Origin: the human T2T-CHM13v2.0 reference genome, Homo sapiens
Reading direction: 5' to 3' (one strand)
Length of the DNA: 64,000 nucleotides
NCBI RefSeq assembly: GCF_009914755.1
Contig: NC_060934.1
In this document: in pieces, positions 13,413 to 27,431 of the stretch
How positions within the stretch are numbered: the first letter of the stretch is position 1
Layout of the letters: each line of letters opens with the position of its first letter
Position numbers and translations under genes: made by a program
Notes under the pieces: model-generated
The model's input: only the letters and a program-made list of their open reading frames with translations
What the model was told of the DNA's origin: nothing
Database searches by the model: none

Positions 13413-15116
13413 GTAAGCCCCTACCACAAGGCACACAAACACCTGGACTTAAAGTGCTAGAGCATTGGGCTGGAGAGGACTTTCATGAACATCTGGTCTA
13501 CCTCTTCTGACCTCACCCTACCCCCATGTCCCCAACATCAGCCTGAACCCATTGAGTGTCTGAGTCCTCTCTGCAATATCTGCCCAAGTCATAGACTGTG
13601 AGACATCTGTATATTGCACTTGAATGTTATCACTTAGCTAAGTGAAATACCTAAAAGAGTAGTTAGGGATTACATAGGTTACTATATGTAAAGTTCTTAG
13701 CAACCAGTCCCCTGACTATCCTGGCGCGTGTGTGCATATTCACACACACATACACACACACACGTGCGCACAGAGACAAACTTAATTATTCCATTCACTG
13801 AGGTAGTCAGATTTTTACCATGGCCATTTAGTGAGCACTTACACATGTGCCAGGCGTGGTGAGAGAGCACAGAAAGAAGTCAGACACAGGGACAGCAGCA
13901 GCAGCAATGGCACCTAACATTAACTGAGTACTTACTATGCACCAGGCCCTATGTCAAGCTTATATCATGCATTATCTTATTTGTTCCTCTTGGTTATTAT
14001 TCCTGTTTTACAAGCTAGGCACCTGAGGCTTAGGGAGCTTGCATAACTTGTCCTGTTCTAACTCTAAAACTGATGCTCTTACCCACTCCATCTGTTGGTC
14101 CCTGCCCCAAATGTGTCTATTATCCAGTAAGGATGTCAGACACACACTAGGCCACCACCATCAATGTAGATGATGGGAAGTGCCATGAAAGGTATACAGA
14201 ACATAGAAGGGAGAGGATTACAACTGGGGGATTCCAGGAAGGGTCGATGGAGGTGGCAAGGGGAGGAGAGCTGTAGGATGGATAGAATTTTAGCCTGTGG
14301 TCCTGGGGATAGCAACAGCTTCTAGGAGCAAAGAGAAGGACAATGCTTGAAGGAACGATTTACAGCCAGGGGTCCTGTAAGTACCTTGTGAGGGTGCTTG
14401 AGGTGCATGCATCCCATCACACTCACAGGAGACCCCACAGCTCATTGGTTATTCCGTGTCTTCCTCTGAATAGGCAGGAAAGAGGTAATCTAGGATTTGA
14501 CTTTGCTGCGTTGATTATCTGTTGGACACTCTCATTTTACCCATATTCCTCAGATCTTAAAGGACATATGAGCACAGGGAGGGCCCCTGAGCCTTAAGTC
14601 TTGAGTTCGTTCCACAGGTATCATTGGTCTGACTATAACTCAATTCCTACCATGTTTTCTCACTTGTCCCAGAGAACAAGAGTGGTAATATTCATTAAAC
14701 ACTGATTATGCACATGCTATGCTATGTTAGCATTTTATATGCATTACCCCATTTAGTCCTCAGAGCAACTCTACTAAATGAGCATTATTGCTATCACCAT
14801 GTTTGCAGAGGAGAAATCAGGCAGGAAGAGGAACTTGTCCAGGACCACACCACACAGTTAGAAAGCAATGGGTGTGGAATGCAAATGCAGGCAGTCTGAC
14901 TCCAGAGTCCGGGGAGTCATGTCTAAGCTGAACTGATTCCCTATGGGAGGAGAAAAGAGGAGAATTTCTGCCCACCAGCATTTCACTCTGGTGGGCAGCT
15001 GCTGCCATTTCAGGGAAACAGGCAGCCCAGCAACTTGGATAACCTCAGGGAGAAAGCGTTTTTATATCAAAGGCACCAACATCTTCTAAAATTCCACCAT
15101 CAGTTACCAGCTGCAG

Positions 15117-15422
15117 GAGCCTGCATGGAGGTGAGGCTGCTGAATGGCACAGGGAGGTGCTTAGGCCGCGTGGAGGTTCTCATCCAGGGCACGTGGGGGA
15201 CGGTGTGTGACCACTTCTGGAACCTGGCCGAGGCCGCCGTTGTGTGCCGCCAGCTGCAATGTGGCCAGGCCATGGCAGCCCACTTCGGGGCAAGCTCTGG
15301 GAAAGTCCTGCTGGATGACATGCAGTGTGTGGGCAGCAAGAGCCACCTGGGGCGGTGCGTGCACAGGGGCTGGGCCAGGCACAACTGTGGGCACCTGGAG
15401 GATGCCAGTGTCATCTGTGCAG
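15117..15422 (+). CDS. SRCR3 exon (306 nt, open, 12-nt in-frame deletion)
   Basis: ctgcag|[27 protein letters not shown]...EDASVICA|gtgagg; lacks PTGA relative to SRCR1. Confidence 0.92.
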
Positions 15423-16367
15423 GTGAGGGTCTGGTTGTCAATCTTCATTTGGAGGGCTGCTTCTAGTTCCTTCACTCCTCTCTCCTCTACACACACAAAC
15501 CACACCCCACAGCTTAGTCCAGGAACATAGTGGAGCCAGGCAGGTAACTGGTACTGCCTACAGCCTTTCAAAGTTCTACATAAGCCTGACCATCTCCTTG
15601 ACTGCAATGATCTGTAAGTATGACTCACAGGCTGCACCCAGGCTCAGAGGTAAACCTCTTCAGTTTGAAAATCAGGATGAACATGAATTTAAAAATCAAA
15701 ACATTTGACGTAAAAATTCAAATTCTTACATGTTGTAACAATAAATAAGTGAAAGCAGAATTTCAGGCACAGAACAATGCATCCTTTCACTACATTAACT
15801 GGCTGGATCTGAGAAAGAGCTGTTCCTTTGGACATGGAATATCTTTGCAGTTTTCACAGCACACACCTCCCCGCCACTCTATTTAGCTTACCTGCATGAT
15901 CCTCAGAAACTTTTGAGCTTGTGGCATCCAGGTAACAAGCCAAAACAATCAGCTGGTGTTCAGGACCTCCATGTTCCTAGCCTACCAAGGTTCCCACACC
16001 AATCTGTCCCCCTGGTCCTCCCTAGTCTTTTCTGGTCCTCTCCTGCTTGCAGCTGGAATAATGTCTCTATGAATGACAAGCTCTGCAGGTTGAATCTGGC
16101 TCATCCTGAGCCACATCCCCTCTGTGGAGTATGGGGCCTTCCTCAGCACCTGAGGCCCCTGGGGAAGTACTGGCTATCCTGGGACAGTCAACATTTGCTG
16201 CCCAATGTCCTGTCTCAAATCCTCAGGAAATGCCAAAATCCTCAAGAGCAAAGCCTCTGCCTCTTTCTCCTTTCCATTGCCCTAAGCTCCCTAAATGTAG
16301 GAAGTTCCCAATAAACCTTTGCCAATGAAGACAAGATAACATGCACAATTCTTCTTTATGTTGACAG

Positions 16368-16397
16368 GTGCTGATTCCACAGCTGCTCTGCCTACAG
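16368..16397 (+). CDS. Micro-exon, 30 nt: (G)ADSTAALPT
   Basis: tgacag|...|gtagga. Confidence 0.75.
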
Positions 16398-16600
16398 GTA
16401 GGACTGCATGTCACATTCAGTGTCAAATACTAGACTTACCCTGATGTAAAAAAGACTGTGAGGTTTAGAATCAGATCTTTATTTGATTCCCAGCATCATT
16501 TATTCATGCAACAGATATTGGCTGGGTGTCTACCCTGTGCCAACTTCTGTGCCAAGCACTGGGGATGGGGATACAGCGGTGGTCAAAACTGCCCTGTTTC

Positions 16601-16919
16601 TTCTTCTTCTCTTCTTTTTTTTTTTTTTATTTTGAGATAGAGTCTTGCTCTGTTGCCCAGGCTGGAGTACAGCAGTACTATCTCAGCTTACTGCAACCTT
16701 TCTCTCCCGGGTTCAAGCAATTCTCCCTGCCTCAGCCTCCCAAGTAGCTGGGATTACAGGTGCCCACGACCACGCCTGGCAAATTTTCGTGTTTTTAGTA
16801 GAGATGGAGTTTCAGCGTTGGCCAGGCTGCTTTCAAACTCCTGACGTCGGGCCTCCTGATCTGCCCACCTTGGCCTCCCAAAATGCTGGGATTATAGGCA
16901 TGAGCCACCACGCCTGGCC
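16601..16919 (-). mobile_element. Alu (AluS-like)
   Basis: Poly-T plus antisense Alu body. Confidence 0.93.
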
Positions 16920-18083
16920 CCCTGTTTATTTTTTTAATGGGGTTTATACTCCAACAGGAGAGATACATGTGATATATAATCACCCTCAGTTACATAACCT
17001 CAGCCAAGTTATGTTATCTCTCATCCTATTTTCCTCTTCATGGAAGTAGGGACAGTAAAGAGCTTTGAATAAGGGCATGAATAGGGCAATGCCTAAGGGT
17101 ACCTGTTACCCAGCAGCACTTATGCAGCAATGGCTGCTTGTTTTGGGCACATGTGGACCTAAGGAAGTAGGTGTGAGGGATGGTAAGGGTCTGGCCTGCA
17201 GGAATTTGATCCAGGCTGGCCTCTCACTGGATGAATGACCTTAGCCTTCAGTCTCCTCATCATTAGAACAGGCTTGTTGGATTCTATGTTCCCTAAAATT
17301 CTAATCCTTTGGCTTTCTGTGACTAATAAGGAGAGAGTAAGCAGCTACATGGTCTAGCTACATAATGCCTGTGCCACTGTGGAAAGCAAGAAATTGTTGC
17401 CAAAAACCAGAGACATAGGATTTGTAATAGGAATTAAGGGAGACTTCCTCCCCTACAACATTTTATTATGGAAATTTTTAAATATACAACAAAGTTTGAA
17501 GAATTTAACAAGGAACTCCTACCTAGATTCCATGATGAGTCTATAAATTCATCTTTCATTTCTGCATTCATACATCGATCCATCTCATTTTTTATTAAAG
17601 TTTGATTATATACCATAAAATGTGCCCATTTTAAGGTCCAGTTTGGTGAATTGTGGTAATTGTATCCAGTTGTGTAACTACTACCACAGTCAAAAACAGT
17701 TCCCATGCCGTGCAAGGCTTCCTCATGCCAATTCAGAGCAGATTCCAAGTCATGACAGTGGCATATGTAGGGAGGAGGCAACAGAGAGAGAGGTGCTGGC
17801 CAATGGATGGCCTCTAGACAGCCAGCCCCCTGGGGCCAACGGCCTATGAGCTTCGCTTTTGCTGATTGCCACAGGGTGCACATTAGTTCATCCACAGTAG
17901 CAATGTCATGTTCTGCCCTAAAAGGAGACCTCAGGGATCTGAGCTCATGGGCCTCAGAATGCCCCCTCACCATTATTCCTGCTGAATCCTGGGAGGGGAT
18001 GGGCATCCCCTTGAAGCAACTGTATCCTCTCCCCATGTTGTGATGTTCCCTGATGACAGTCCTTCCTTTTTGCCCACCACTAG

Positions 18084-18155
18084 CCCATGAGAACCTGCTC
18101 CCCACATCATTGGTGATATCAGTGGCTCAACACCCACCGTCTTCTGCACCACCAG
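18084..18155 (+). CDS. Spacer exon, 72 nt: (A)HENLLPTSLVISVAQHPPSSAPP
   Basis: cactag|...|gtagag, phase 1-1, open. Confidence 0.7.
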
Positions 18156-18577
18156 GTAGAGCTGTGTCTTTTTGTATTATGCCTTCTGAAAAACTTCATT
18201 CATTTGACAATGATGGATAGACAGAGAGGCAGAACAGACAGACAAGCGGGTTGAGAAACAAACGGACAGGTAGGCAGACAGGTAGATACAAAATCTTATC
18301 AGTATTAGGGGTATTCCAGGAGTGGATGACTAATGGCAACTTCTTTGTACTTAACAGTGAGTTTTTAAGAATGCAATTTGAATAAATTACAACTGATAGT
18401 GGATGGACTCTGTCATCTTCATATACACAGAAGCTCCACGTTGGCTCAGATTAATTGGGAAAACTGAAGCAGTACTTTACTCATTACTACTAGTGACTGG
18501 GCAAAAGTCAAAGCTACAGAGCCCACAACTAGCCAGAGAAAAACGTTCTGGCTGATATCGCGTAAGAGCTCTTTCCA

Positions 18578-18862
18578 GGCCAGGCGCGGTGGCTCACGCC
18601 TGTAATCCCAGCACTTGGGAGGCCGCGGTGGGTGGATCATGAGGTCAAGAGAGCAAGACCATCATGGCCAACATGGTGAAACCCCGTCTCTACTCAAAAT
18701 ACAAAAATTGGCTGGGCATGGTGGCGCGTGCCTGTAGTTCCAGCTACTCAGAAGGCTGAGGCAGGAGAATAACTTGAACCCAGGAGGCGGAGCCAAGATC
18801 ATGTGATTGCACTTTAGCCTGGTGACAGAGTGAGACTGTGTCTAAAAAAAAAAAGGAAAAAA
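18578..18862 (+). mobile_element. Alu (AluSc-like)
   Basis: GGCCAGGCGCGG start, poly-A, TSD aagagctctttcca (18564-77 / 18863-76). Confidence 0.95.
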
Positions 18863-19138
18863 AAGAGCTCTTTCCAGCAAGCCCATGTAGATGGCAGAAT
18901 TCTCAAAAGAGATGAGAAATGTTTCAAAATTCAGATGCATTTATCCCTTAATTTCTAAGTTTGCAAGGCTTTTTAGACTAGTTGATAACTTCTGATATGT
19001 CCTAAGACATAATCACAAAGTAATGACCAGTAAAATCCTTTTTGGAAAAAGAGTTTTTTTAAAAAAAGATGTGAATTACAAAATTAGTAAACTGAACAAT
19101 CAAACAATCGAAATTCTAAAATATATTTCTGCATTTAG

Positions 19139-19286
19139 AAAAATCTCGGTGTGGTGGCATTATTACCAACTCATCTGGAGCGATTAGGAATCCCCCACAG
19201 AATGAAATGCATGACAACATCACTTGTGTGTGGGAAATCAAGGCAAATGCATCTGATCATATACTGCTGGCATTTCCACATCTTGA
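19139..19286 (+). CDS. CUB1 first exon (148 nt, phase 1-2)
   Basis: tttag|[49 protein letters not shown](D)|gtaagt; CGG and CVW CUB motifs; absent from the ORF track. Confidence 0.9.
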
Positions 19287-19339
19287 GTAAGTCATAAGCT
19301 GTTACTAATGTACTTTGTGTAGCTTTTTAACTTTCTTAT

Positions 19340-20900
19340 TTTGTTTTTGACAGATAATAATTATATATATGTATAGGGTAGGATGTGTGTTGTGACACAT
19401 GTATACATTGCAGAATGATTAAGTCAGTCTAATTAACATACCCATTGCCTCACATACTTACCATTTCTTTGTGAAAAGAACAGTTAAATTCTACTTTTCT
19501 AGCAATTTTGGAACATACAATACATTACCATTGCTAACTACAGTCACCATGACATGCAATGTATCTGTTAAACTTATTCCTCCTATCTAACTGAAACTTT
19601 GTACCCTTTGACCAAATTCTGTCTCTCCATGCACCTCCACCCTTACCCCCAGGCTCTGTTAACCATCATTCTACCCTCTATTTTTATGAGTTTAGCTTTC
19701 TAGATTCTGCCTAAAAGTGAGATCATGCAGTGTTTGTCTTTCCATGCCTGGCATATTTCACTTAACATAATGTCCTCTAGATTCACCCATGTTGCAAATG
19801 ACAGAACATCCTTCTTTTTTGAGGCTGAATAGTATTCCACAGGCATATACACCACATTTCCTTTATCCATTCATCCATTGATGAACACATAGATTGTTCC
19901 CATATCTTGGCTATTGTGAGTAATACTGCAGTAAGCTTGGGAGTACAGATACCTTTTTGACATACCGATTTTAATTCCTTTGGATTTGTACCCAGAACTG
20001 GGATTGCTGAATGATGTGGTAGGTCTATTTTTAGTTTTTTGAGGAACGTCCAAGCTGTTTTCCATAATGGCTATACTAATTGACGTTTCCATCAGCAGTG
20101 TGTAAAGATTCCCTTTTCTCCACATCATTGACAACATTTATCTTTCTTCTCTTTTTATAATAGCCATTCTGACAGCTGTGGTGATATCTCATTTTGGTTT
20201 TAATTTGCATTTCACTCATGATTAGTAATGTTGGGCATTTTTTTCATATACTCATTAGCCATTTCTATGTCTCCTTTTGAGAAATGTCCATTCATGTCCT
20301 TTGCCCATTTTGTAATAGAGTTATTTGGTTTGTTGTTGTTGTTGTTGTTCCAACAACTGTTGTATCAACAGCTTGTTCCTTTTTGTTATTGAGAAGTATT
20401 CCATTTGTGTGGATGTACCAGGGTTAGTTTGATCATTTCCCCACTGAAGGACACTTGTGTTGTTTATAGTCTTTCACTTTTACAAATCTGTCTTCTATGA
20501 ATGTTCATACACAGTTTTTTGTGTGAATATAAGCTTTTGTTTCTCTAGGATAAATCCCAAGAGTACAATTGCTAGGTTGTACGGTAAGTACACATTTAGC
20601 TTTTTAAGAACATACCAAACTATTTTCCTGAGTGACGACCATTACAAATTCTCACCAACAACATATGAGAGATCCAGTTTCTCCACATCTTTGATAGCTA
20701 GTATGGGGTATTATATTTTAGCTATTTGTAATTTGCATCATTCAAATCCTATGTATCTTTTGTGAATTTATACTTAGGTATTTCTTTTATTTTTTATTTT
20801 TTGGGGTGATTATAAATGACACTGTGTTTTCCATTTTAGTGTCCACATGTTTGTTGCTAGTATAGAGAAATACAATGATTTTTATGAGTTTTCATGAATT
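19340..20900 (-). mobile_element. Old L1 3' fragments (L1MA/L1M-like)
   Basis: Antisense L1 3'UTR and ORF2 C-terminal motifs (atatataccacatttc, gattgctg, atagccattctgac). Confidence 0.75.
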
Positions 20901-21790
20901 TTTAATTAAAATGAAATTGACCTTTTATTCTTCGGATAAGTGTGTGTGCATGAGAGAGAAAAAGAGCAGAGAAAGAGAGATAGAGAAAGAGAGAGAGAGT
21001 GTGTGTGTGTGTGTATTCTGGACTGCTGGTTACAGATATAAATTCTAGGGTACCCCAGACGTAATAAATCAGGAAATTTTAGATTTTAATGTTTTAAATG
21101 GTAATTCACTGATGACAAATTCATGGTGAATTTTTTGTGGAAATCAGCCCCTACGAACAAGTTAAATTATTTATTATGCTTGAATTTTGTTTAATCGAAA
21201 TATGGCTTGGAACAGATGGCTCATCAGATTGAAGCATGAAAGTGGTTTTTGGATTCTAGCACTGGGAACATCTGAACAAAACATCAGAGTAAAAAACAGT
21301 AGCTGACAAAATCAGATAACTTCCACAGAGCAAGTGGTACCCACTTTCCTCTGGGTGGGTCTACTGCCAAACACTTGTAAATGCATTATTTACAACTTGG
21401 AACCACATCCTACTGGCAGGCCCATGAGAAGCAAGCAGCCTCTCCCTTTTCCCGGGCCCCTCAATCACCACATGGTGAAACTGCCTTGATTTCCCAGGCC
21501 CTTCCCTTGGCCCTAGGCTGTGAAGTACTCTGCCATCTTGGGCTGCTTCCAGGAGCACATTTCGTGCCAGCCTCCTCTTTCCTCTTCCAATTAAAATCCC
21601 ATTCCCTTAAAGCAATGTCTCTTAGAAAAAGTAGGATCAAAGGAACCCATGCTATGTTTAAATGACTGCCACGCTTTTACTCTATCGCCAACATCTTTGT
21701 AGTAACAAAGTGAAGTATCTGTCTCACAGCATGCCTCAAATGTCTTCTAATGAGGAAACTGAGAGGCATCCATGGTGTTTGCTTCCCCAG

Positions 21791-21981
21791 CCTTGACTGC
21801 ACCAATGAATATTTTGAAATCCTGGACGGTCCACCATCCTCAGTAAAGTCATTGGGGAGGACCTGCTCTGGCTTCCAACACACCTACATCTCCTCCTCCA
21901 GCTCAATGACCCTCGTGTATTTCCGAAGCTTCAACAACCTAGGATAAAACTTCATTGCTTATTATTACTCTGCACCCAAAG
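21791..21981 (+). pseudogene. CUB1 second exon (191 nt, phase 2-1) with premature TAA
   Basis: cccag|[27 protein letters not shown]...RSFNNLG*NFIAYYYSAPK|gtaaga; TAA at 21945-47; 148+191 = 339 nt. Confidence 0.9.
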
Positions 21982-23175
21982 GTAAGAATAGTGGTAAAGA
22001 GCAACAGTTCCAGAGCTGGACTCTCTGGCTAGGAGCGAGTCACAGTCCTATCACTTACTCTGTGACCTTGGGCAAGCAACTTGACCTCTCCCAGCCTCAA
22101 TTCCTTTCCTGCATAATGGGGACAACAAGGAACCCTTACTTTCTAGGTTTATTGTAAGGGTTACATGCAATGAGGTAAGTAAAACACTTTGCAAAGTGAT
22201 GGCACGTCATAAATGCTTGATAATGGGCTGCTTTATCATGAGCTTTTTCCTTTTACATGAACATCTCATCACAGTCAGCCCATTAGAAAGTCATTTCTGA
22301 AGTTATTCTGAATCTAGTACTAGGTAGGTGTTTTAGGACCTGCAGAAGAAATCATAGTCTCAGCCTGAGAGAGGCTCATGTACAACCAAGAGGAAGTTTA
22401 AGGCAAACACAAGGGGTATGCATAGAGGACAAATAGAAACACTAGAAGAAGGCAAACAATAGAACAGATAAATATACGAGAATATACTAAATTGACATAT
22501 GCATGCACCTGTGCAAAAGACATTAGGAAAGAGAGAGAGTGCTATATAGGTTACAAGTATTAAGGAAACATTGAGGGGAAACGGCTTCTAAAGCTGGCTA
22601 GGCTATAGGTAGAGAAAGCGAGATAGCACATCAGGTGAGGTAACAGCATGGCCTAGAGATAGGATATATAAAGTGTGTGGCAAGAAGGCAGATGGACTAA
22701 GCCAAAGGTGCCTGTTGAAGTGCTGGGTACTCAGGGTTAGGCAATAATAACAACAACAGTGATCAAAATGCTCAAAATATCAGCTAACATTTACTGAGTC
22801 CCTATTACATGCCAGGCAGCATTTTAAGCACTTCACATATGCTATCCTCACACAGACCCATGGTTCTTCCCCTTTTACAGATGAGGAAACTGAGACTTAT
22901 GAGGTTCAGTAATTATCCAAGGTTCTACATTATTCACCACTAAAAGAAAACGGGCAGAGCTCATGAAACTGCAAATAACTAGTATCCACTTTTTCCAAGA
23001 CATTGTTCAAAACAGTCTCTTGTATTTTACCAAGTGCCAGGTTGACTCACTAAGCAAGCTTTGGAAACATGCTATAAAACACAAAGGAGATGCTCTGTGC
23101 ACCAAAGTAGATCATGAAAAATCACCGTAATTGATGTTAAATGGCTATTGACGATGTATTTCCTTGTACTTGCAG

Positions 23176-23205
23176 AGGCAGTGTTGCAGACCCCACATCT
23201 AATCA
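23176..23205 (+). CDS. Micro-exon, 30 nt: (E)AVLQTPHLI
   Basis: ttgcag|...|gtgagt. Confidence 0.7.
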
Positions 23206-23854
23206 GTGAGTCACGTTCATGCTGTTACTCAAATTTCACCCCTAATTTCTTCTTGTGTCCCCTCTCCCAGTGCTTTTACTCTCATTATTTGCTCTGTCTC
23301 TCATAGATGATTCCAAATTCCCTGTATAAATCTTCTGTAGATGAGAGATTCTGTCTGCACAGTTTCTGCACAAATATGATGCCCATTTACACTGGAACCA
23401 AGTTATGCCTATCAACGATTGAGTCTTTGCATATTGATAATTTTTTATTTGATCTCCTTTTTTGTGTTTATCAAAGCCAGTGACTCACTTAATCAGATAC
23501 TCACTTTTAGGGAAAGTTAACAAAGCAGAAGCAAGCAGAAGAAACAGCTGTTTTCCCCAGGACACTGATAGTGAATGTTTGCATTTTTGCATAGAATAGC
23601 ACAATCTAAATATTGTTATATTTATGGTAACTGAGCAGAAAAAGAGAATTTTTTTTTTGACCCCACATACCTGAGAAACATAAAGACACACGTGAAAACA
23701 GAGTTTGATTTGGGAGATCACATGTTACAAAGATTACAGGGAAAAAGAATCAGCCAGAATCTTGGCATTTACTGAAGACTGATCCCAGAATGCTGCCCTC
23801 TTGACTTGCCCAAGTCGTCCCTTCTTAATTATGGGAGTCTTCTTGTATCCACAG

Positions 23855-23896
23855 CCATCCCGACAGCAACACCCAGAACAGTAACAGCAAGAGCAG
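23855..23896 (+). CDS. Micro-exon, 42 nt: (T)IPTATPRTVTARA
   Basis: ccacag|...|gtaagc. Confidence 0.8.
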
Positions 23897-24698
23897 GTAA
23901 GCCCTGAAATGCATTTATTCATTTACTGACTGTGTCCTTTCCTCTCAGCACCTGCATTTGTATCCTCACCTGTATCTGCTTCATGCACAGAAACTGGACC
24001 AACTGCAAATAGTGCATCTATTTGCAAATGGGACATTTGATTCTGCCCAAACTTTTAGAGACATTCAAAACTTTTGGGATCTTTTGGCTCTAGCATCCCA
24101 GGATGAGTAAACTTCATTTTTTGGTACCTTTCAGAGTCATCAAAGCTTGAGCAGCTTACAAGTATTTTCTAGTGGGGTTCTATCTTTCCACCTTATGACC
24201 AGTACTGATCATGGTTAGCTCCCCATCCTCATCACCAATAGACTTTAGCAAAGTAAGTGGAGTGTCAGAGCCATTTCAGAGGCAGTGAGATAGAATAGCA
24301 GAGAAAAAATTGTGAACTTTGGAACCAGGAGACCGGACTTTAGATCTGCTGCTTACCAGTTGTGGGATTGGGAGTGAATCACTTTGCTTCTCCAACTTTC
24401 AGTTTCCTCATAGATAAAATTGGTACACCAATACTCTTCTGTTTACCTTCCTGAGTTATGATAAAGGTGGAGGTGAACACACACACACACACACACACAC
24501 CACACTTTCTAAAATCACAAATCACTGTGCAAATTATTTGTTTTTCTGCACTTAGCCAAAACAAATGGGCACATACCTCTGGAAAAATAGATACTCAATT
24601 AATGGACTTTTAGTGCTACAGACAATCCTAATGGCTTTGCAACTTCCAACTAAGAGGTTGAATAGTTGACCAAGTACAAGGTTCTCCACTAGTAGTAG

Positions 24699-25199
<501 letters not shown>

Positions 25200-26328
25200 T
25201 AGCATTTGATTTTTGCTGTAGCTTTTCTAACTTGGTTAAATAGATGAGGTTTTATCCGCTAGCCTCCAATATAAAACCTCGTTTTCTAATTTGGTAGCAA
25301 GTATTACCAAAGGTGTGTGTGCTTTACTGAAATATGCAAATAACATGTTTAATGGTGAGAATTTTTTAATGATGGGAATAAGGAGCTCATTGAAAGAGGC
25401 AGCCTGCAGTAGCCAGGCTAGGGGAGACTTTAGAGCTAGGAAGACTTGAATCTGGCTTCCAGAGCCTGTGCTGACACACAGACTGTATGTGAGCAACACT
25501 TAAACTCTCTCTTAAACATATTGGTAACTCTTATTGCCATGTCCTCACTCAATCACCACACCAAGGAAATCTGTGCACTAACCTGACTTATTTCAATTGG
25601 CTTGTGACAATTTTTAAAATATTTTCTGAATTTTCTTGTGTATAAACAGCTACGAGTAAGTTAGCCACCTCTGGAATGTCTATCAATAATCCTTTCTGAT
25701 AATGAGATGCCTTTTGGTAAACTAACAGCTGTAATAGCTGATGTGATTTGAAAAAATCAGTAATCATAACTCAAAGGAGGAGGGTTTGTTGCACAGAGTT
25801 GCCCACATGAGAAGCAACTCAATTGCATGTCAGTACCTGCTAACCGTGACCTGTAATTTGAAGTGCATACTTAAAGACATTGTCTTATGTGTTGGTGCAT
25901 TCATTTGTCTATTTACCTTGTGACATCTTATCATGGGTGACATGTATCCTAGTGACAGCCTCCTGGGTATATGTTATTCCCACGTCTCAATCTTCCAGAG
26001 GATGATTGTCTAAATCTGAGGTCCCCCCAGAGACACCAAAAGTGAAACACCTGCTGCAAAATTGATGGTTTAAGTCAGATCATCCCAAATGTACCTTTGC
26101 ATCCGGCCATTTTTACATAACTTGGTACAAACCAACAACCAGAGAGAAACTTACTTTCATTATCTACAGATGAATCTGCTTCTCCCAGTACTATGTTTTT
26201 TAAAAGGACTAATTTTTCCCACATCAGATTAATAAATGCGTATAACGATGGAACTAAAACCTTCATCTTCAGTTATTAAAGTCAGGATTTCCAAAAAATA
26301 CTGATATACTTATTCTCTCTACAAACAG

Positions 26329-26358
26329 ATGCTGAAGAATCACTTGCTAACAGTCCAG
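26329..26358 (+). CDS. Micro-exon, 30 nt: (D)AEESLANSP
   Basis: aaacag|...|gtcagt. Confidence 0.75.
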
Positions 26359-26532
26359 GTCAGTCACACCTTTTGTTGACGGGAGTTAAATATCAGCTGT
26401 TCTTGATTTTGTCCTTAAGCTATTTGTTTTTTCAGTTTTAAGTTCACTCTTTATCTAAACTGCAGGGTTTTTCACACCACTGATATTCTATTAGAAAGTC
26501 TTATTTAAAAATACTTTTGATTTTTTACATGT

Positions 26533-26548
26533 GATGATGATGATGATG

Positions 26549-26589
<41 letters not shown>
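26533..26589. repeat. Compound (GAT)n(GT)n microsatellite
   Basis: Directly visible. Confidence 0.95.
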
Positions 26590-26591
<2 letters not shown>

Positions 26592-27113
26592 GTCTATATT
26601 TTTTGGAGATGCATGCAGAGTGAAACGGTGTTTCATGGCCTTTTTGCATACACTATTCCTCTGGCTCAGGGCACTTTTTCAGCTCTTCCCCTGACTAGCT
26701 CCTTCTCAGTTTTTAAAGAGGTGTCCTCCAGCCCTTTCCTCTCTATTGTCCCCTTCATAGCATCCTGTTTTTCCCCTCTTTGGCCCGTTTATCACAGTAT
26801 GCAATGATGCACTGTGGCAGTGCCTGCATTTGACTAATAAATAGACTCCAGGCTCCCTGAGGACAGAAATCACATCCCTGGTTTAGAGCTGTATCATCAG
26901 TGCCTAACATAAAAGACAATCAATAAGTACTTAAAATGAAATTAAATTGTCTGAAGACCCCACAACCTGCAACTCAGGAACACGTGAGAAATCTGAGGAA
27001 AAAGCCCCAAGGCTCAAGACTGGGGAATGTCCCTCCCTAACCCTCTCTGAGCTGGCACTGGTGGACCCAGGCGGGGTCTTTTGGGAAATCACATGCTGTG
27101 TCTCTGTCTGCAG

Positions 27114-27431
27114 AGGGCTGGCCGGAGCTGAGGCTGATGGGCGGCTCAGGCCGGTGCTTGGGGCGCGTGGAGATTCTCCACCAGGGTGCCTGGGGCACCG
27201 TGTGCGACGACCTGTGGGACCTGAATGAAGCCAAGGTTGTGTGCCGGCAGTTGGGGTTTGGGCAGGCTGTTTCTGGCCCTGGCGAGGCCCACTTTGGCCC
27301 AGGCTCAGGAGACATCTTCCTGGACAACCTCCAGTGCACTCGGGTAGAGCACTACCTGGGCCAGTGTACCCACTTGGGCTGGTCAGAGCACAACTGTGGC
27401 CACCACGAGGATGCCAGTGTCATCTGCTCAG
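27114..27431 (+). CDS. SRCR5 exon (318 nt, open; Cys4>Phe)
   Basis: ctgcag|[27 protein letters not shown]...QLGFGQA...EDASVICS|gtaaca. Confidence 0.93.

Noticed and set aside
14554-14617. Possible spacer exon (cctcag|...ccacag|gtatca)
   Set aside because: 64 nt (not 3n) with an in-frame TAA. It may be a decayed exon but cannot be supported.
17434-18105. 223-aa minus-strand ORF
   Set aside because: No recognisable domain, and it partly overlaps decayed L1-like sequence.
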